Part shown: positions 40,250 to 52,536 of the stretch, piece by piece
Layout: the number at the start of each line of letters is the position of its first letter
Position numbering within the stretch: the first letter of the stretch is position 1
From: Catajapyx aquilonaris
Taxonomy: Eukaryota
NCBI GenBank assembly: GCA_000934665.2
Contig: KZ538002.1
Coordinates: forward strand, 310,001 to 368,385
Length of the DNA stretch: 58,385 bases
Direction of reading: 5' to 3'
The notes under the pieces: model-generated
Seen by the model: the letters and a program-made list of their open reading frames with translations, nothing else
Databases searched by the model: none
What the model was told of the DNA's origin: nothing
Program-made: the position numbers and the translations under genes

Positions 40250-40330
40250 AAACCCTGGCCCAGGAGTTGGAGATGGAACGTAAGAGTCGCCAACAGCAGC
40301 AAGAGACAGATGTGAAACCTTCCTTGCAAG
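40250..40330 (+). CDS. dac: dachshund coding exon C (internal, 81 nt, phase 1-1)
   Basis: Long pyrimidine tract ending ttttatttgtag| and donor AAG|gtaagc. In frame after exon B (G+AA=E): TLAQELEMERKSRQQQQETDVKPSLQ, comparable to the DACH segment that follows 'LRVLND' (SLTPEIE...). Confidence 0.9.
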
Positions 40331-43300
40331 GTAAGCCTTGAGCATCTATGCTGCCGCATTGTCCTGTAACGATGGAGATGACCACATTTGTTTTTTTTTT
40401 ACATTCGCACTTTATTTTTCCCACGGCACTTTTCAATATCCAAATGGTCTCGAATTAAATATCTTTTTGTTGGATCACCCGGTAATAACCCACCGCAAAT
40501 GAAGCAATCGCATACTAATTGGATGCTTGGTGGACATTTTCTAACGGCTACCAAAAACAATATGGCCCCCGCAGCGATGATATTGAATGGAGGTGTAAAT
40601 GCCTGTCGGTTTTTGTCCCACCATTTTTTGGGGATCCAGCGAGTGCAACAAAATCCTGACGGGGGACAAGATGGCCCTAGTTTAATGGCGAGATTTGCCT
40701 GCGTTTAGAGTGTCTCCTGGGAAACGTTCCTTGGTTATTAGCCCGGTAATAAAACCCTACGTTCAAATGTTGACATTTTGCATAACTGCCAGAAAACAGT
40801 CATAACGAACATCTGAATATGTCCCCATGCGATGTGTGGCGTAATAAAAATAACACTGATCAACGCTCGTATTCCCCCCTCCCCGCCCCTCATAAGGGGT
40901 GTAGGGGGAAGGGGGTGTGGGTTGTATATATGTGCCTCACATGCATACCAAAGCAATAAATAAATGAAATCCCTGCCCGGTCGGGATGGATGCTGTAATT
41001 GCGAGTTTGAAGAGGTGTATCGTGACAGAAATTTTTGCGATTTTTTTCCCGTGCACCCGCCGCCTTCGGGTTATAAAATAACTGGCCGCACATAATTGGG
41101 CGTCAGATTGCTAATTGTTGAATTTTTTGGGGTGGCCGGTCTACGAAGTGCCCACTAAAAACGGTGCAGGAACGCCGGGCGTTGCATTTATGCTGTCGGC
41201 GCTAAAAAATTAAGCAGGGACGTTCAACTGTAATCAAAGTTATGGTCAATGTTTACCCCCCCTACGATCACTAACGCTGCATCATTAACCCCGTCCGGTT
41301 ATTGCAGCTGTCTAATCTCCCGCTAAGATTGCTCGTGTCGGATGGAATCCGGGATTTATTATTTTGGAACTGCCGGTTTGTTCGAAGAAACCGCCATAAG
41401 TTCAAAATTGGCGCGTTGCAACGGTCTGGCGCGTGTCACGTGGGAACCGTCCCAAACATGGCTGCACCCACGAATGGTGACGATTGTCTGTCTTTGGATC
41501 ACTGATCCAAAGACAGACAATCGTCACAGGGTGCCTGGAAAATACGTTTGGCCGAAGCTGACCCCTACCATTTATGCGTATTTTCCAGCCTTTTCTCACG
41601 CTTCCAATACCACCCGAAAAAACCGGTTGGAATCCAGACTGCCAATAATAAACGCGTGAGACTTTTGAGCTTCTTCATACCAATCTGGCCCTTAACATTT
41701 TTTTACTTTTTTATTGTAAAACCACAGGCATCTGGCATTGGCCAGAGGCGCAAACCCCCACACATTCACACACTGGTATGCTTCCATGGAAAACCCATCT
41801 TCAGAGTCAAGTGAGCCGAGCCAGTTTTTTGTGTGTGTGCCGTATATATCGTTTGAATTCCCACGTAACAAGTTTGGGTGCTGCTGATGATGCTGCTGCT
41901 CCTCACCATCCTTTTTGGTCAGAGAAGGCGGGCCAAATCCTGTGAATGGGGTCAGAAGGCAGGTTGAAATGGCCCCCTCTTGATCTGCCCAGTAATTAGC
42001 GTCTTCCAAGTGCACTACCAGATATCGGTGGCATATAGGCGTGGGAAAAAAATGTTTGTTCCCAAATGGGCGTTAGTTGGCAACCATGAGGGTGTACACC
42101 CCCCCTTCACGGAAAAAAATGGGTGCAATAGCAAACGTGATGAAGTGATCATCATCTGCCCGTTTTTATGTCACGCATTTATCATTCCCTCATAAGCTGT
42201 CGCCACCATGCCGATAACTTTCATTTTACTCTGGTGGTCGACTCCCCCAACACCCTCCACCCCCTACATACTATCAACCACCCTCCACGTCCCACCCCCT
42301 CCTATCTGCATCACACATCAAACGGACACTTCATTCCGAATTTGTTAATTTGCAGATCGGGACTAATTGGAGGGTTTTATTTGACACTTTGAAACCGGTC
42401 TAAAAATGCATGTGACGTGGGTTTCACAGGTTTCGCCATATCTTCGTACAAAAATTTTAGCCAAAAATTTGGGGCATATTTTAATAACATTTTTCTTAAA
42501 ACAATATTCTGGCAGCCCCCCCCCCCCTGGCCGGGTTCTTTTTTGCGCTCATAATTAGCCCGAGGTTATTTACCGTCGGCTTGCAGTTGAACGAAACAAA
42601 CAAAACATGTTAAAGGATGGTGGTGGGGGGTAGGGGGTGGAACCAGCTTAGCTCGAATTTCTTTACTGGTTTCGTAACGCGATTGCCTCGGGACAAGAAG
42701 GGGGAAACGCCCTTCCATTTTGTTCCATGGCGCCACCATTACTCAATTATTCCAGCAGCCCCCCCTTCCCCTCTTCCCCCCTCCTCCTCCCATCCCTTCG
42801 AGTGTCACGTTGCGAGAAATTTTCGGTTTCGCATGTGATTGATAACAAAAAAAAAAGTTGGGTTATTTTGTGATGGATGAAAAGCAAAATGAAAGGCATT
42901 TACTGAAAGGGAGGGAAGATCTTCCAGCGAGTGAGAAACTTGGCGTGAAAAGAACTTCTTCAAAGCAGGTAAAGCGGGCCCAAGGGGGAAGGGGGCCAAG
43001 AAGCGAGTCAATTCAACATAAGATGGGATGGGGGGGGGGGGGGGGAAANGGGAAATGTGGGACAGAAATGTCGCCAGACTAATGACTCGACGGTTTCAAC
43101 TGGTGAAAACCCCTTCCCCAATGTCATAACTGAAGGCTAATGGCTGCAATGAAAACAATAAAAAGCGGAGAGCTTTGTGTGTAAAGAAGGTTGCTTTGGA
43201 ATAATAGACAGAGTATTCGTTTAGTCTGGGGAGAGAAAAGAAGTGGGGGGTAGGTGGTGGGTTTTATTTCAAAAAAAAAAAAAACCAGACCTCTCTGGTG

Positions 43301-43577
43301 ATGTTGATTCAGCTAGAGTGCGGGCTAAATGTAGGCCCGGCTTAATACTACCATAAAGTAGAAGCAATCAAAAAATGAGACAGTGAAGGAAGGTCTGGGC
43401 TAATGATTTTAATAGGTGCGCGGAATTTCAGCTTTAAAAACTCGCTTTTTTATTTAACAAAAGTGGACAACTCCATCGTACTGTACTGCCTTAATAAATA
43501 CTTCTGTTGCAGATCTGTCCAGATTTATATTCCCCAGCATTCACCTTACATTTTGGTTTCTTTCTTTTCGATTTCAG
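40331..43577 (+). other. dac: dac intron C-D (3,247 nt, GT-AG)
   Basis: gtaagc at 40331 and tttcag ending at 43577; frame preserved. Confidence 0.86.
41477..41527. repeat. perfect 51-bp palindrome (25-bp arms, 1-nt spacer)
   Basis: gtgacgattgtctgtctttggatca-c-tgatccaaagacagacaatcgtcac. Confidence 0.98.
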
Positions 43578-43633
43578 AGGCGGCATCCACGGGATACTAC
43601 AAGAACTCAGTCCTCTTCACCAGCGCCACTTAG
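43578..43633 (+). CDS. dac: dachshund terminal coding exon D (coding part, ends in TAG)
   Basis: Acceptor ttggtttctttcttttcgatttcag|. In frame (G+AG=E): AASTGYYKNSVLFTSAT*. YYKNSVLF resembles the DACH C-terminal LYLKTTVMY motif. TAG is followed immediately by TGA. Confidence 0.88.
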
Positions 43634-44262
43634 TGAGGCAAATGGCACTGTGGAGCTGCAACTCCACCTGAATTTGGACACCATCCCAACACTAAAAAGA
43701 CCCTACTCCCTGTGCACAAATGGGACCCAAAACATTTATCGGCCCCGTATGTGGGGACGACTTTTATATAAGACACGTTGCATTACCTCTGATGTTGCAA
43801 AGACCCCCCCCCCTCCCAACCCCACNNNNNCCCCCCCCCCAACAACAATGAGGCAGACGTCAAATGAATTCCCCCCACAACAATGAGATGGAGATCAAAT
43901 CCCCTCCCCACCCTAAACGGACTATACGTCAGTGCCATCTTCTCAACTGAGCAACATTATTGTTTTTAATCTATGTGTGAATGTGTATGCAAGTACGAAT
44001 GAGTGCAGATAACGAGTGGGTGAAATGTGTTAGGTGTGGGGACGCGTTTTTTTTTTCTTCTATGGAAAAAAGGACAATGGAGAGGTCTGGTTTTACATAT
44101 CCATCCGCGAGACAATGTTGACCACGCAACAATGAGGTGCCAAAATGGGGGGAAAAGAAGAATATACTCTCCACAGAAGAAAAAAACCGACCAGTAAAAA
44201 AATGTCCATTTTAGGCATAGTACATATGCTACTGTAGGTCTGTGTCATCACTGACAACCCTG

Positions 44263-44268
44263 AATAAA
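44263..44268 (+). terminator. candidate proximal polyadenylation signal AATAAA
   Basis: Canonical hexamer about 630 nt after the stop, followed by a GU-rich stretch (tgtcgtgatgttgtatg). Confidence 0.35.
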
Positions 44269-45872
44269 GGGACATGTCGTGATGTTGTATGCAGACAATA
44301 GGATGAATCAATGTCACTTTGTCTCTTGGTGTATTAACTGTGTGTCAGATTCTAACTATATATACAGACTATGGCGATTTCTTAGTTCCATTTTGGGCGC
44401 CTGTCGTTACCCTTGTACAGTTTTAAAAAAAGTACACGATATTCGGTAATTTATGATGAACACGCAGAACACAAAAAGCAGCATCTTGTCAGGCACCTTT
44501 CCTTGGCAAGCTGGTACTATTACTTTTAAGAGTTGAATGCCACATGCGGAAATAAGAAAGAAAAAAAAAGCAGCACATATCATTCAGAAAGCCACAAGTT
44601 TTGATCATTATTATGCAAACACTTATCCAGAAGGTCGATTGTTGTTACGACAGTTTTAAATTATTATTGCGATAGGGTTCGTTACAAACTTGATACGGAG
44701 GATAAAAGAACCGCAACCATGTATGTAGGCTTTAAATCCATTTTCAAAGTATAATGTGTGTGGCTGGTTGTATCTAATGTTATACAAGTATAGAACTATA
44801 GGGAGAGTTCCTTTCGTTTTATTGAAAAGGCGAAAAAGCACTATTGACACTTCCAATATCCTCAAAAAATTTCCTAACTGCTGGCAAGTATTTAAAAGAA
44901 AACCAATTGGCCGAGTAGATTTCTTTTGTACCGTGTGTAAATAGCTCCTCTCATATCAAATTATAGAGTAACTATTGAAATATGCGCACTTGAATAGTTT
45001 ATACGCTTAGGAATTGCACAATATCATCAAAAAAGGTATATAAATACATAAATATATATAAAAATTGTGTTCACCCTTCCCTTCCTCCCCACTCCATTAC
45101 TCCCCCCACCAATGAAAAAATCCCGATGACCCGTACGTGTAAGCAATGGGTCATTGCATTGTGCTGCTGTTTCTGAATGTGCCCCTGGATGTCAAACCCT
45201 CGTGTACAATATTCGTCCTGGAAGGAAAAAATTTTATAAGCAGTGCCACCGTTTCCAATTTATGCCCATAGAGGGCTAGGATTTTTGTTTGTTTGTTCCA
45301 TTATTACTGATTCAGTTTTTTGTGAGTGGATGTTTTTTTTTCCTTTGCCAGTGTTCCCAGTTCTTCGCCGTTATAGCCGGTAGTCAATGCGCTTCATCAA
45401 TGTCCTGCCAATCACAATTTTTGAGCATGCAATGTTCTGCATTCCATGTAAATAGTCGGTTAAAAACATCTATACACAGAAAAACGAAGAAAAAAATATC
45501 ACCACTCTGGTGAGGTGAGGATTGTAATGATTTGTCTGAATGTATAGATAGGAACCAAAAAAATAGAAAATTTACAAACCAAGTGAATCTGTCTCCTTTT
45601 GTCCATGATACCCCCAAAGGTACCTGTTTTTTTGGCCGAATAATGTGTGCGGTTCCGGAGTGTTGTCAATTGCGGACCTTGTCCTGATATTTAAAAATGG
45701 TTACAATCATATAATCACACACACAAAAATCCCTAGCTGGACACTTTTTAATGTGTGTTCCATCAGCATTTTGTGTTGAAACCCTACCCTCAATACAATA
45801 GTTTCATTGTCATTTTTTTTTGCTGCTCCATCGGTAGACTCATTTTTGTATTGTGTATGTGCCTTGTAGATC

Positions 45873-45878
45873 AATAAA
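45873..45878 (+). terminator. candidate distal polyadenylation signal AATAAA
   Basis: Canonical hexamer preceded by TGTA motifs (ttttgtattgtgtatgtgccttgtagatcAATAAA). Confidence 0.55.
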
Positions 45879-48800
45879 CAGCGATCAAAACGTGACAAAA
45901 GTAGGAATTTAAAAATTACCCTACACCCGCATTCCTCCTACAAGATCGCCTACATAATATTTCAGTAATTATTCAAGTAGCAGCTCAATTTTCATACATA
46001 AACGCAAACATTATTTTCACGTTCATACCGTGTTAGCAAATTTTTGGCATATTCAACATACATTGTCCACAGTGTATCAGGTCAAGTACTGCTCAGGTAT
46101 ACGTTTCTTTCAGGCACAATGCATGTTGCCAGAAACGAACACGATTATAGCCCAACATTTTGTTCCTGTCAGATTGGGCGGGTGGTGTTTCAGATTGGAG
46201 GCCAAAGTGCAAACTTATAATCGGCAGCTCTTGTAACCAAGGTGGCCGATTCACAAAAAATACACCTTTTTTTTGCACCCCCTTAGATTATTAATGACTG
46301 TTAATCATCCGGCGAGGTTTCGGTCCCTTAGGTTGTTTTGTTAACTCATCAGATGACTTCCAACAAAATCAAACAACAGGTAGGAGAGTTTTGGTAGAAA
46401 GGACGAGGGGGGCGGAGGACAATATAAAAACTGACTATCCTTTTCTTCGTGATGAGCTGGAGGAGGGGGAACACAATTGGTTCCCACCACCTCTAATTAT
46501 TTATCGGCACTCGGAACAATCAAAAGCCGCCATTGACAGCCGTGGGCAAGCTCAAGGTGGGGAAAACACTGATCAGTCAGAATGGGATCCAGTCGGCTGC
46601 GGTGGGGATGACCCCTTCTCAGCTGGACCCCCTGCTTCATGGACGGACGGGACAAAAGCCATTTAGGCCCCCCCTATTCCCCTGGCTGCACACACTTCTT
46701 TTTTTTTTACCTTTCCTTCTCTCGTGAGTCGGAAAATGAGAGATTTCATTACTTGATAAATAAATGATGCCGAGGTGCAGATAAGGTGAGAGTGATGTGC
46801 ATATTTGCGAATGACCCGACCTTGCCGACCGGTGATGGACACTGATGAGTGAGAGGGAAAAAATGGCGACCTGTTGGCTCTTTGTTGCTAACTCTTAAGT
46901 TGCAGATAGGAGTGGGCATATTGGTCCATGATAAGCTAGACAGGTCATATTGATAAGTGTGGCCTCGCAGGTTAGCCAGTCGTAAAAGCGGTGGAATGAG
47001 CAACAAAGCATGGGGTAATGGACACTGGCCATCCTCCTTGGTCAGCCCCATCTGCATCCCCCTGGGTTGATGATGCAGAGGAAAACCACTTCCTGCTGTT
47101 AACCCTTGACCCGCGCCCTCATGTAGCATCTGCCTGTCCTTATTTCCATCCAAACGGGTTTCGTATCCGTAACATCCCTGCCTATCAAGTCACTGTAAGG
47201 CCCCGGCAACATACTGTGGATACGAGTTGAGGAAGTGGGACTACACATGTCCACCAGTGCGTGATTCCCCCCACCATCCGACCACTTCATCCCATCCCAA
47301 AAAATTACAATATCCTCCCGGACTCTCCAAATGATTGGCCTCTCAGCTTTTTTAAAACCGCGTTTTTTTTTGCAAGCATTTGCACCTGCATTATCTTCGG
47401 GCAGTAATCATCTACGGCGCAGGTAGGTAGGGACCTAGATAAATATCTGCTGTTTCACATATGCCACCGATTATAATGCCTAACATCTGCACCCTAGCCA
47501 GGCCAGTCTGCCGCTACTTATCTCCTTTTTGATTGCGCTACTTGACGCCAGGCTTTTTATGATCAATATTTTTGCTGGTCTTTACTTTCACGTTAATATT
47601 AATAACTAAGTACACATTTTTGAGGCCCAAACTGGCCCAAACTTCTCCCCTTGGTTTATCTTGGGGGGGCACACTTGTGCCCCATTACAGGGCTTAAATC
47701 TTCCTAGGCCTAGACTGGCCTAATCCTGGCTCCTGGTGGACTTGCTTTTTTCTTAAAGGTATTATTACTCTGATCCTGCTACTTGTTCGACTTAAGCGCT
47801 ACTGCAGCCTACTTGAATCGGAGCTAGGGCGTGGGGGGGTTGAGAAGTGCGAAAGCGGCAAACTTGTGTATATAGGTGTTCGTGTCGAATGGCACTTGAA
47901 CAAAGGAGATTCGCCTCCTGCACGAAAGGCCTGGTCCGGACCTTTATATTTTCCTATTGTTCTCCGACCGCAACGCCCACTGCCCCACACTTAAGAGCCG
48001 CAGTATTTCAATCGGCGGAATTGCGACGATCATAATTTTACAGGTGTGTTATCACGGCCCAGGTTGCCATATTTGAATTTGGCGCCCCCTTGTGACAGGG
48101 TGACGAACCACACACCCAAACCACGGTCCGGCAGCACCATCAGGCAGCTCAACTTCGGGGACCACTGACCGCAAAATTCGAAAAAGAAAATTCTCCAGTT
48201 CAACTGACTTGTCTTCCCCTCCATTTGAGCACTCCCCCTGTTCAATTTCAAGGTGCTCCCAGCTGTTGCATGTCAATGTCTAGGATCCGACGCCTAATTT
48301 TTCATCAACCAAACGCGGTTCCCACGTCAAAAGTTTTACCTATCATTTTGTCATCTGCCATTGCCTAGCTTGGCTCCCTCAAGTGCTATGGCTAAAAGTG
48401 ACACGGGAATGAAAACGATACATATCCAGGTCCAAGGGTTAGGTGGGGATATGGGGGAGGGGATAGGGGGGAAAGGGGGGGGGGGGGGAGANGGGGGGGA
48501 GACCTCGCATTTGCTCCCAAGTAATAACCGAATGTTATGGGCGCTGTATATATACTTTTTATGCGGGCGCACGCAACGGAAACGAGACTTGCATATACCC
48601 CCTTTATAAATCAGAAGGGTCTTGCATTTATCATTTCCCAAAAGGCATTATTCGACTATTTAGAAAATGGGAGCGCCACAGATTTATCACGGTGTGAGAT
48701 GATAATTGCTGCGGCAACCATGCGAGGTGTGACTGACAAAAATGACACTTTTTAAGGAGATTAATAATGCGGTACGCTGCTAAGGCGGTTCAATAGTATT

Positions 48801-49559
48801 GCAGATTGATGCCGATGAGAAAGTAGCCGCAGTAATTACTGATGCTTTCACTGCGGCATTTGTTCCCCCCCTACCTCCCCAGCCCCCTCTCTTTCACATG
48901 CACCCCAATAACACGTCACAAGCCTGCATTTCATATTTTTGTCCCCAATTACTGTCATTGCAACTTTTCACGTCGAAGATGGCATTGTGATCGGCGAATA
49001 AATGAAACAGAGGCAATCCTTCCATCACCGCCACCCCTTTCATTACAAAATTAATTTTATGGAGTGGATATTGGGGCACAGAGGCCCTCGTGAAATAACT
49101 ACAACAAGAGGGGGGAGGAGGGGGAGGGAGGGTACCAGTGGACACGCCGCACTGAACACCTCATCAACCAAACCTGTGTTTACACTGTCACTTTTTTGTG
49201 TGTGTCCCGGAGGTGGAAAAAAAAGTCCGCTCAAAACTACGTTCGGGTGTAAAATACACTGGAAAAATTACTGTGACGTGAAAATAAGGATAATGCGCGC
49301 ACTATTCATGATGCCAAAGTTAGGTGCTGTTTACCCCCATGGCGATTATTCAGCTGATCCGTATGCGTCGTACACATTTTTTGTGCGCGATATTTCAGGG
49401 TGTCATTATCCAAAACGAGCTGCCCCAGGTATTGAAATATATATCCCCAGTCGAGAGACCTGAATCAAAATTCCACTATTTGCAAATATTTCATGTCGAT
49501 CTGAACCAAAATGGCCATTTTTTAATAATTATGTTTCTATAACAAGTGACGTAACAACA

Positions 49560-49765
49560 ATGGCTATCCCGGGGATCCTCTTTCAAATTCCCGCCTATTT
49601 TCAATTGCTGCCCTGCTGATGGATTTGGATTGTGGAAGAACCCCGAATAAATTCACACGAGCACGGAGAGAACTCATCGAAACGTTTTCCTCGTGAGAAA
49701 ATCCATTGACAGAACCAGGGATCGACCACAGGACCTCAAATGAAGCAATAACCACTACACTATTC
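49560..49765 (-). mobile_element. probable degenerate tRNA-derived SINE (3' extent uncertain)
   Basis: Minus strand reads tagtgtagtggtta (Pol III A-box-like, about 49762-49749) then gtggtcgatccc (B-box-like, 49729-49718). Spacing is shorter than in a tRNA and no cloverleaf is evident. Confidence 0.42.
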
Positions 49766-52328
49766 ATAAGAAATTTCGGTTAAAAAAACATCATATTGCC
49801 TCAAAAATATGGTCACTATTTTAATCCCGTTCATATTGTGTATTCTGTGAAACTGTAATCAACTACTGCATTTCGTGCGAGTGTACATTATTTTGAACTG
49901 TTCCTTTATGAAGTATATAGCGCAGCTTTTGAATTAATAAAAGGATTCATAATGTATATCCGAATTACAATGCGCAGTAAATCAGCACCCTTAAATGGAA
50001 ATTTTTAGTGGCATTGCTCTCTTTTGTCAATATTTTGGAATATAATCAACACGATTGGATATTTATTTTTAATGGGACGGAATACGATGGCATTGCTGTG
50101 AACAAAAAATAGTTATTTTTTTTATCAATTGCAGAACTACTATACAGTAGTACTCTTATGCATCTGCTTATGAAGACTTGAAGAGCAGAACAATGATCAC
50201 ACTTTGCTGTGTAATACATTCGTGAATTTTTAATTCGAATAATTATAATAATAACTGCTTTTTAATGAAGCGAATTTGTATCTTTCCGTGACATTATTTT
50301 TTGTGGCGGGGATCAACTCGTGGGAAAACCTGATAATAATTTCTGGAGCCATGACTTTTCCATCCTTCGGTACCTGATGGTGTGAGGAAGGCACATGAAG
50401 AACAGGGACAGCAAAACCGGGAACGATAAGAATCCCGGTGAGTCGGTGCTCCTTTTTCCCCAGCCAAATTAATGTTCATCTGGCGCGATGTCCCGCTGTT
50501 TTCGGGGGTGGGCGCGAAAGGCCCGTCCGAATACACGTCCAGGACACCTACGGCGTTTGTCTGCTCAGAATCTAGAAACAAAAAAAAAAAGAAAGAAAAA
50601 GTTCCTGAGCTGACTGATCACCTTTTTGTCAGCCTTGATACCGAAGGGGGCATACTCATTATCCACATGCAATTATTATTGCGCTCTGGACAAATTCTGC
50701 AAACGTGGATTTGCTAAGGAATTCATGTGTGAAGTTTTTTCTGCCAAGTGATTTCCTCCTTCAAGCCACACGCAATAATAATTTTGTTTAATGGCACGAC
50801 AAGTTTGAAATCAATCAGAAAAAAAAAGTAGCACGACATGCATGCTATACATCATGTAATCCTCTATCTCAATTTTTAGAGAGCCATTGTCTAGTACGCT
50901 TGTTACAGTCATCAGCGTGGTTAAGCACATTACTGAAGGTCTTAGAAGAGTGACCTTGCCCACAATTCCACCTAGTAATTAATATGCCACCGGCCGCTAT
51001 CTTTTCCACTTTTTTGTCCATGTCCAACCAGTGAAATTAGCATTTAAAGATCCTTTTTCAGAGCCAAGTGGGAATCCGTTTCTCACTTTTTGACTTTTAC
51101 ACGAATACCCAGGATCACGCACCTCTGGATGAAAAATGGACTCCAAATTCTGAGGAGTTTTAAAGTTAGCGAACCGGGAAATTTAAATCCCCATTTTATT
51201 CCTATCATCTCCATCTGCACGTGACTCTTATTATTACACGCTTAATCTTCGTTTTGCAGCGGCTTGTCCACATGTTCACTTTTGCCACATCTCACCAGAC
51301 AGCCAACCCTTTTTTTGACCCGCATACCTAGTTGAAATAATGAATATATGTTACAAAAAAAAATTGTAATACGTACAAATCGCCAAATTTACTGCAGTTG
51401 GCCAAGGACCCCTCTGCACGGATTTAATCAAAGACATAATCGGTAGGCCTGTCACTTTCATCCCAGCCCCCATGGTAATTAAAGACAGTTGCGTGAAGCT
51501 GTAATAATAGGATAGGGAAAACTAGAGAAAAGGTTTGTAGTAGTCAAAGTCACGCATAATTACGTCACCCTCAACTCTTGGATCGAGATTCTTCCTGACT
51601 TATTTCTAATGCAGGTTTTAAAACCATACCGTTTTTTATACCCTTGGCCGATATTACCAGGACGGAACTTATAGACTAATTAATTAGGGTAAAGTCCAGG
51701 GTTTTTGTGCTCGGGTAGGCGTGGAACGGAGGTGTCAGTTTTCCCTTGATAAGAGCAAAGTTTTCGGTTCCCTTTCCTTCTCGCTTCATAAATGGGAAGG
51801 TTAAAAACATGACAGCAAAGAAGGAAAATCAGGCCCAGGATGTAATAAACACTCGATAATTCTAGCCTTTTTATCAATATCAAACGCATTGCTTATCAAC
51901 CATCTGCATTGTTTTCCTTATTTGGCTGTATATAAGATAGTCCAGGCATATATTATTCCACAATTACGCGCACAAATCCCTCCCATCGCGTAATTGGATA
52001 GCCCAAATCTTGTGGCCGGTTTGCAACAAAAAATTGGCGGTATCCCACCTGGTGCGACTCCGCCTGTTCAATATCTATGGCCAAATATACTGTATATGGT
52101 CACTAAAACGTGAGATCAAAATCTATCGCAAATATCTGCAGTCAAAATGAGTGGGACATTATCAAAACCAGGCTGTCTCATTTTGTCAAAAGTGTGTTGA
52201 TTTCTGATTACACACATCAACTCAATGCTAAATTCATATTTCCAATATATGGAACACTAGCTGCGGCACCCGGCGTTGCCCGGGAAGAAATGAATGAAGG
52301 GAAAGCACCTGCCAGTACCCCCGTCAAC

Positions 52329-52536
52329 TGTCTGTCTTTCTGTGTGTCCGCCCACCAATGCCATCTGTGGTCCTGCTACTCCAAAACCTTGAATCTCTCC
52401 CGCCTGTATAACGGCAACCGTCATTTGCCTGCCATCTGTAGTCAACCCCCAACACCTCCATCCTCTCCCGGCCTGGGGGTGGAGCACAGATGGCAGGCAA
52501 ATGACGGTTGGCAGGCGGACAAACAGACAAACAGAC
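52329..52536. mobile_element. foldback / MITE-like non-autonomous element
   Basis: Perfect 25-bp inverted repeat 52415-52439 / 52486-52510, inner accccca/tgggggt pairing, and outer imperfect arms gtctgtctttctgtgtgtccgc / gcggacaaacagacaaacagac. No target-site duplication identified. Confidence 0.55.

Larger units (their letters stand above)
43634..45900 (+). other. dac: probable dac 3' UTR (up to about 2.2 kb; end approximate)
   Basis: AT-rich sequence after the stop, with TGTA-rich elements, leading to an AATAAA at 45873 that is preceded by a U/GU-rich stretch. The cleavage site is inferred, not observed. Confidence 0.6.

Noticed and set aside
43631..43886. Stop-codon readthrough into the downstream 78-aa ORF
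   Set aside because: TAG is followed immediately by an in-frame TGA, and the downstream ORF is in another frame and low in complexity.
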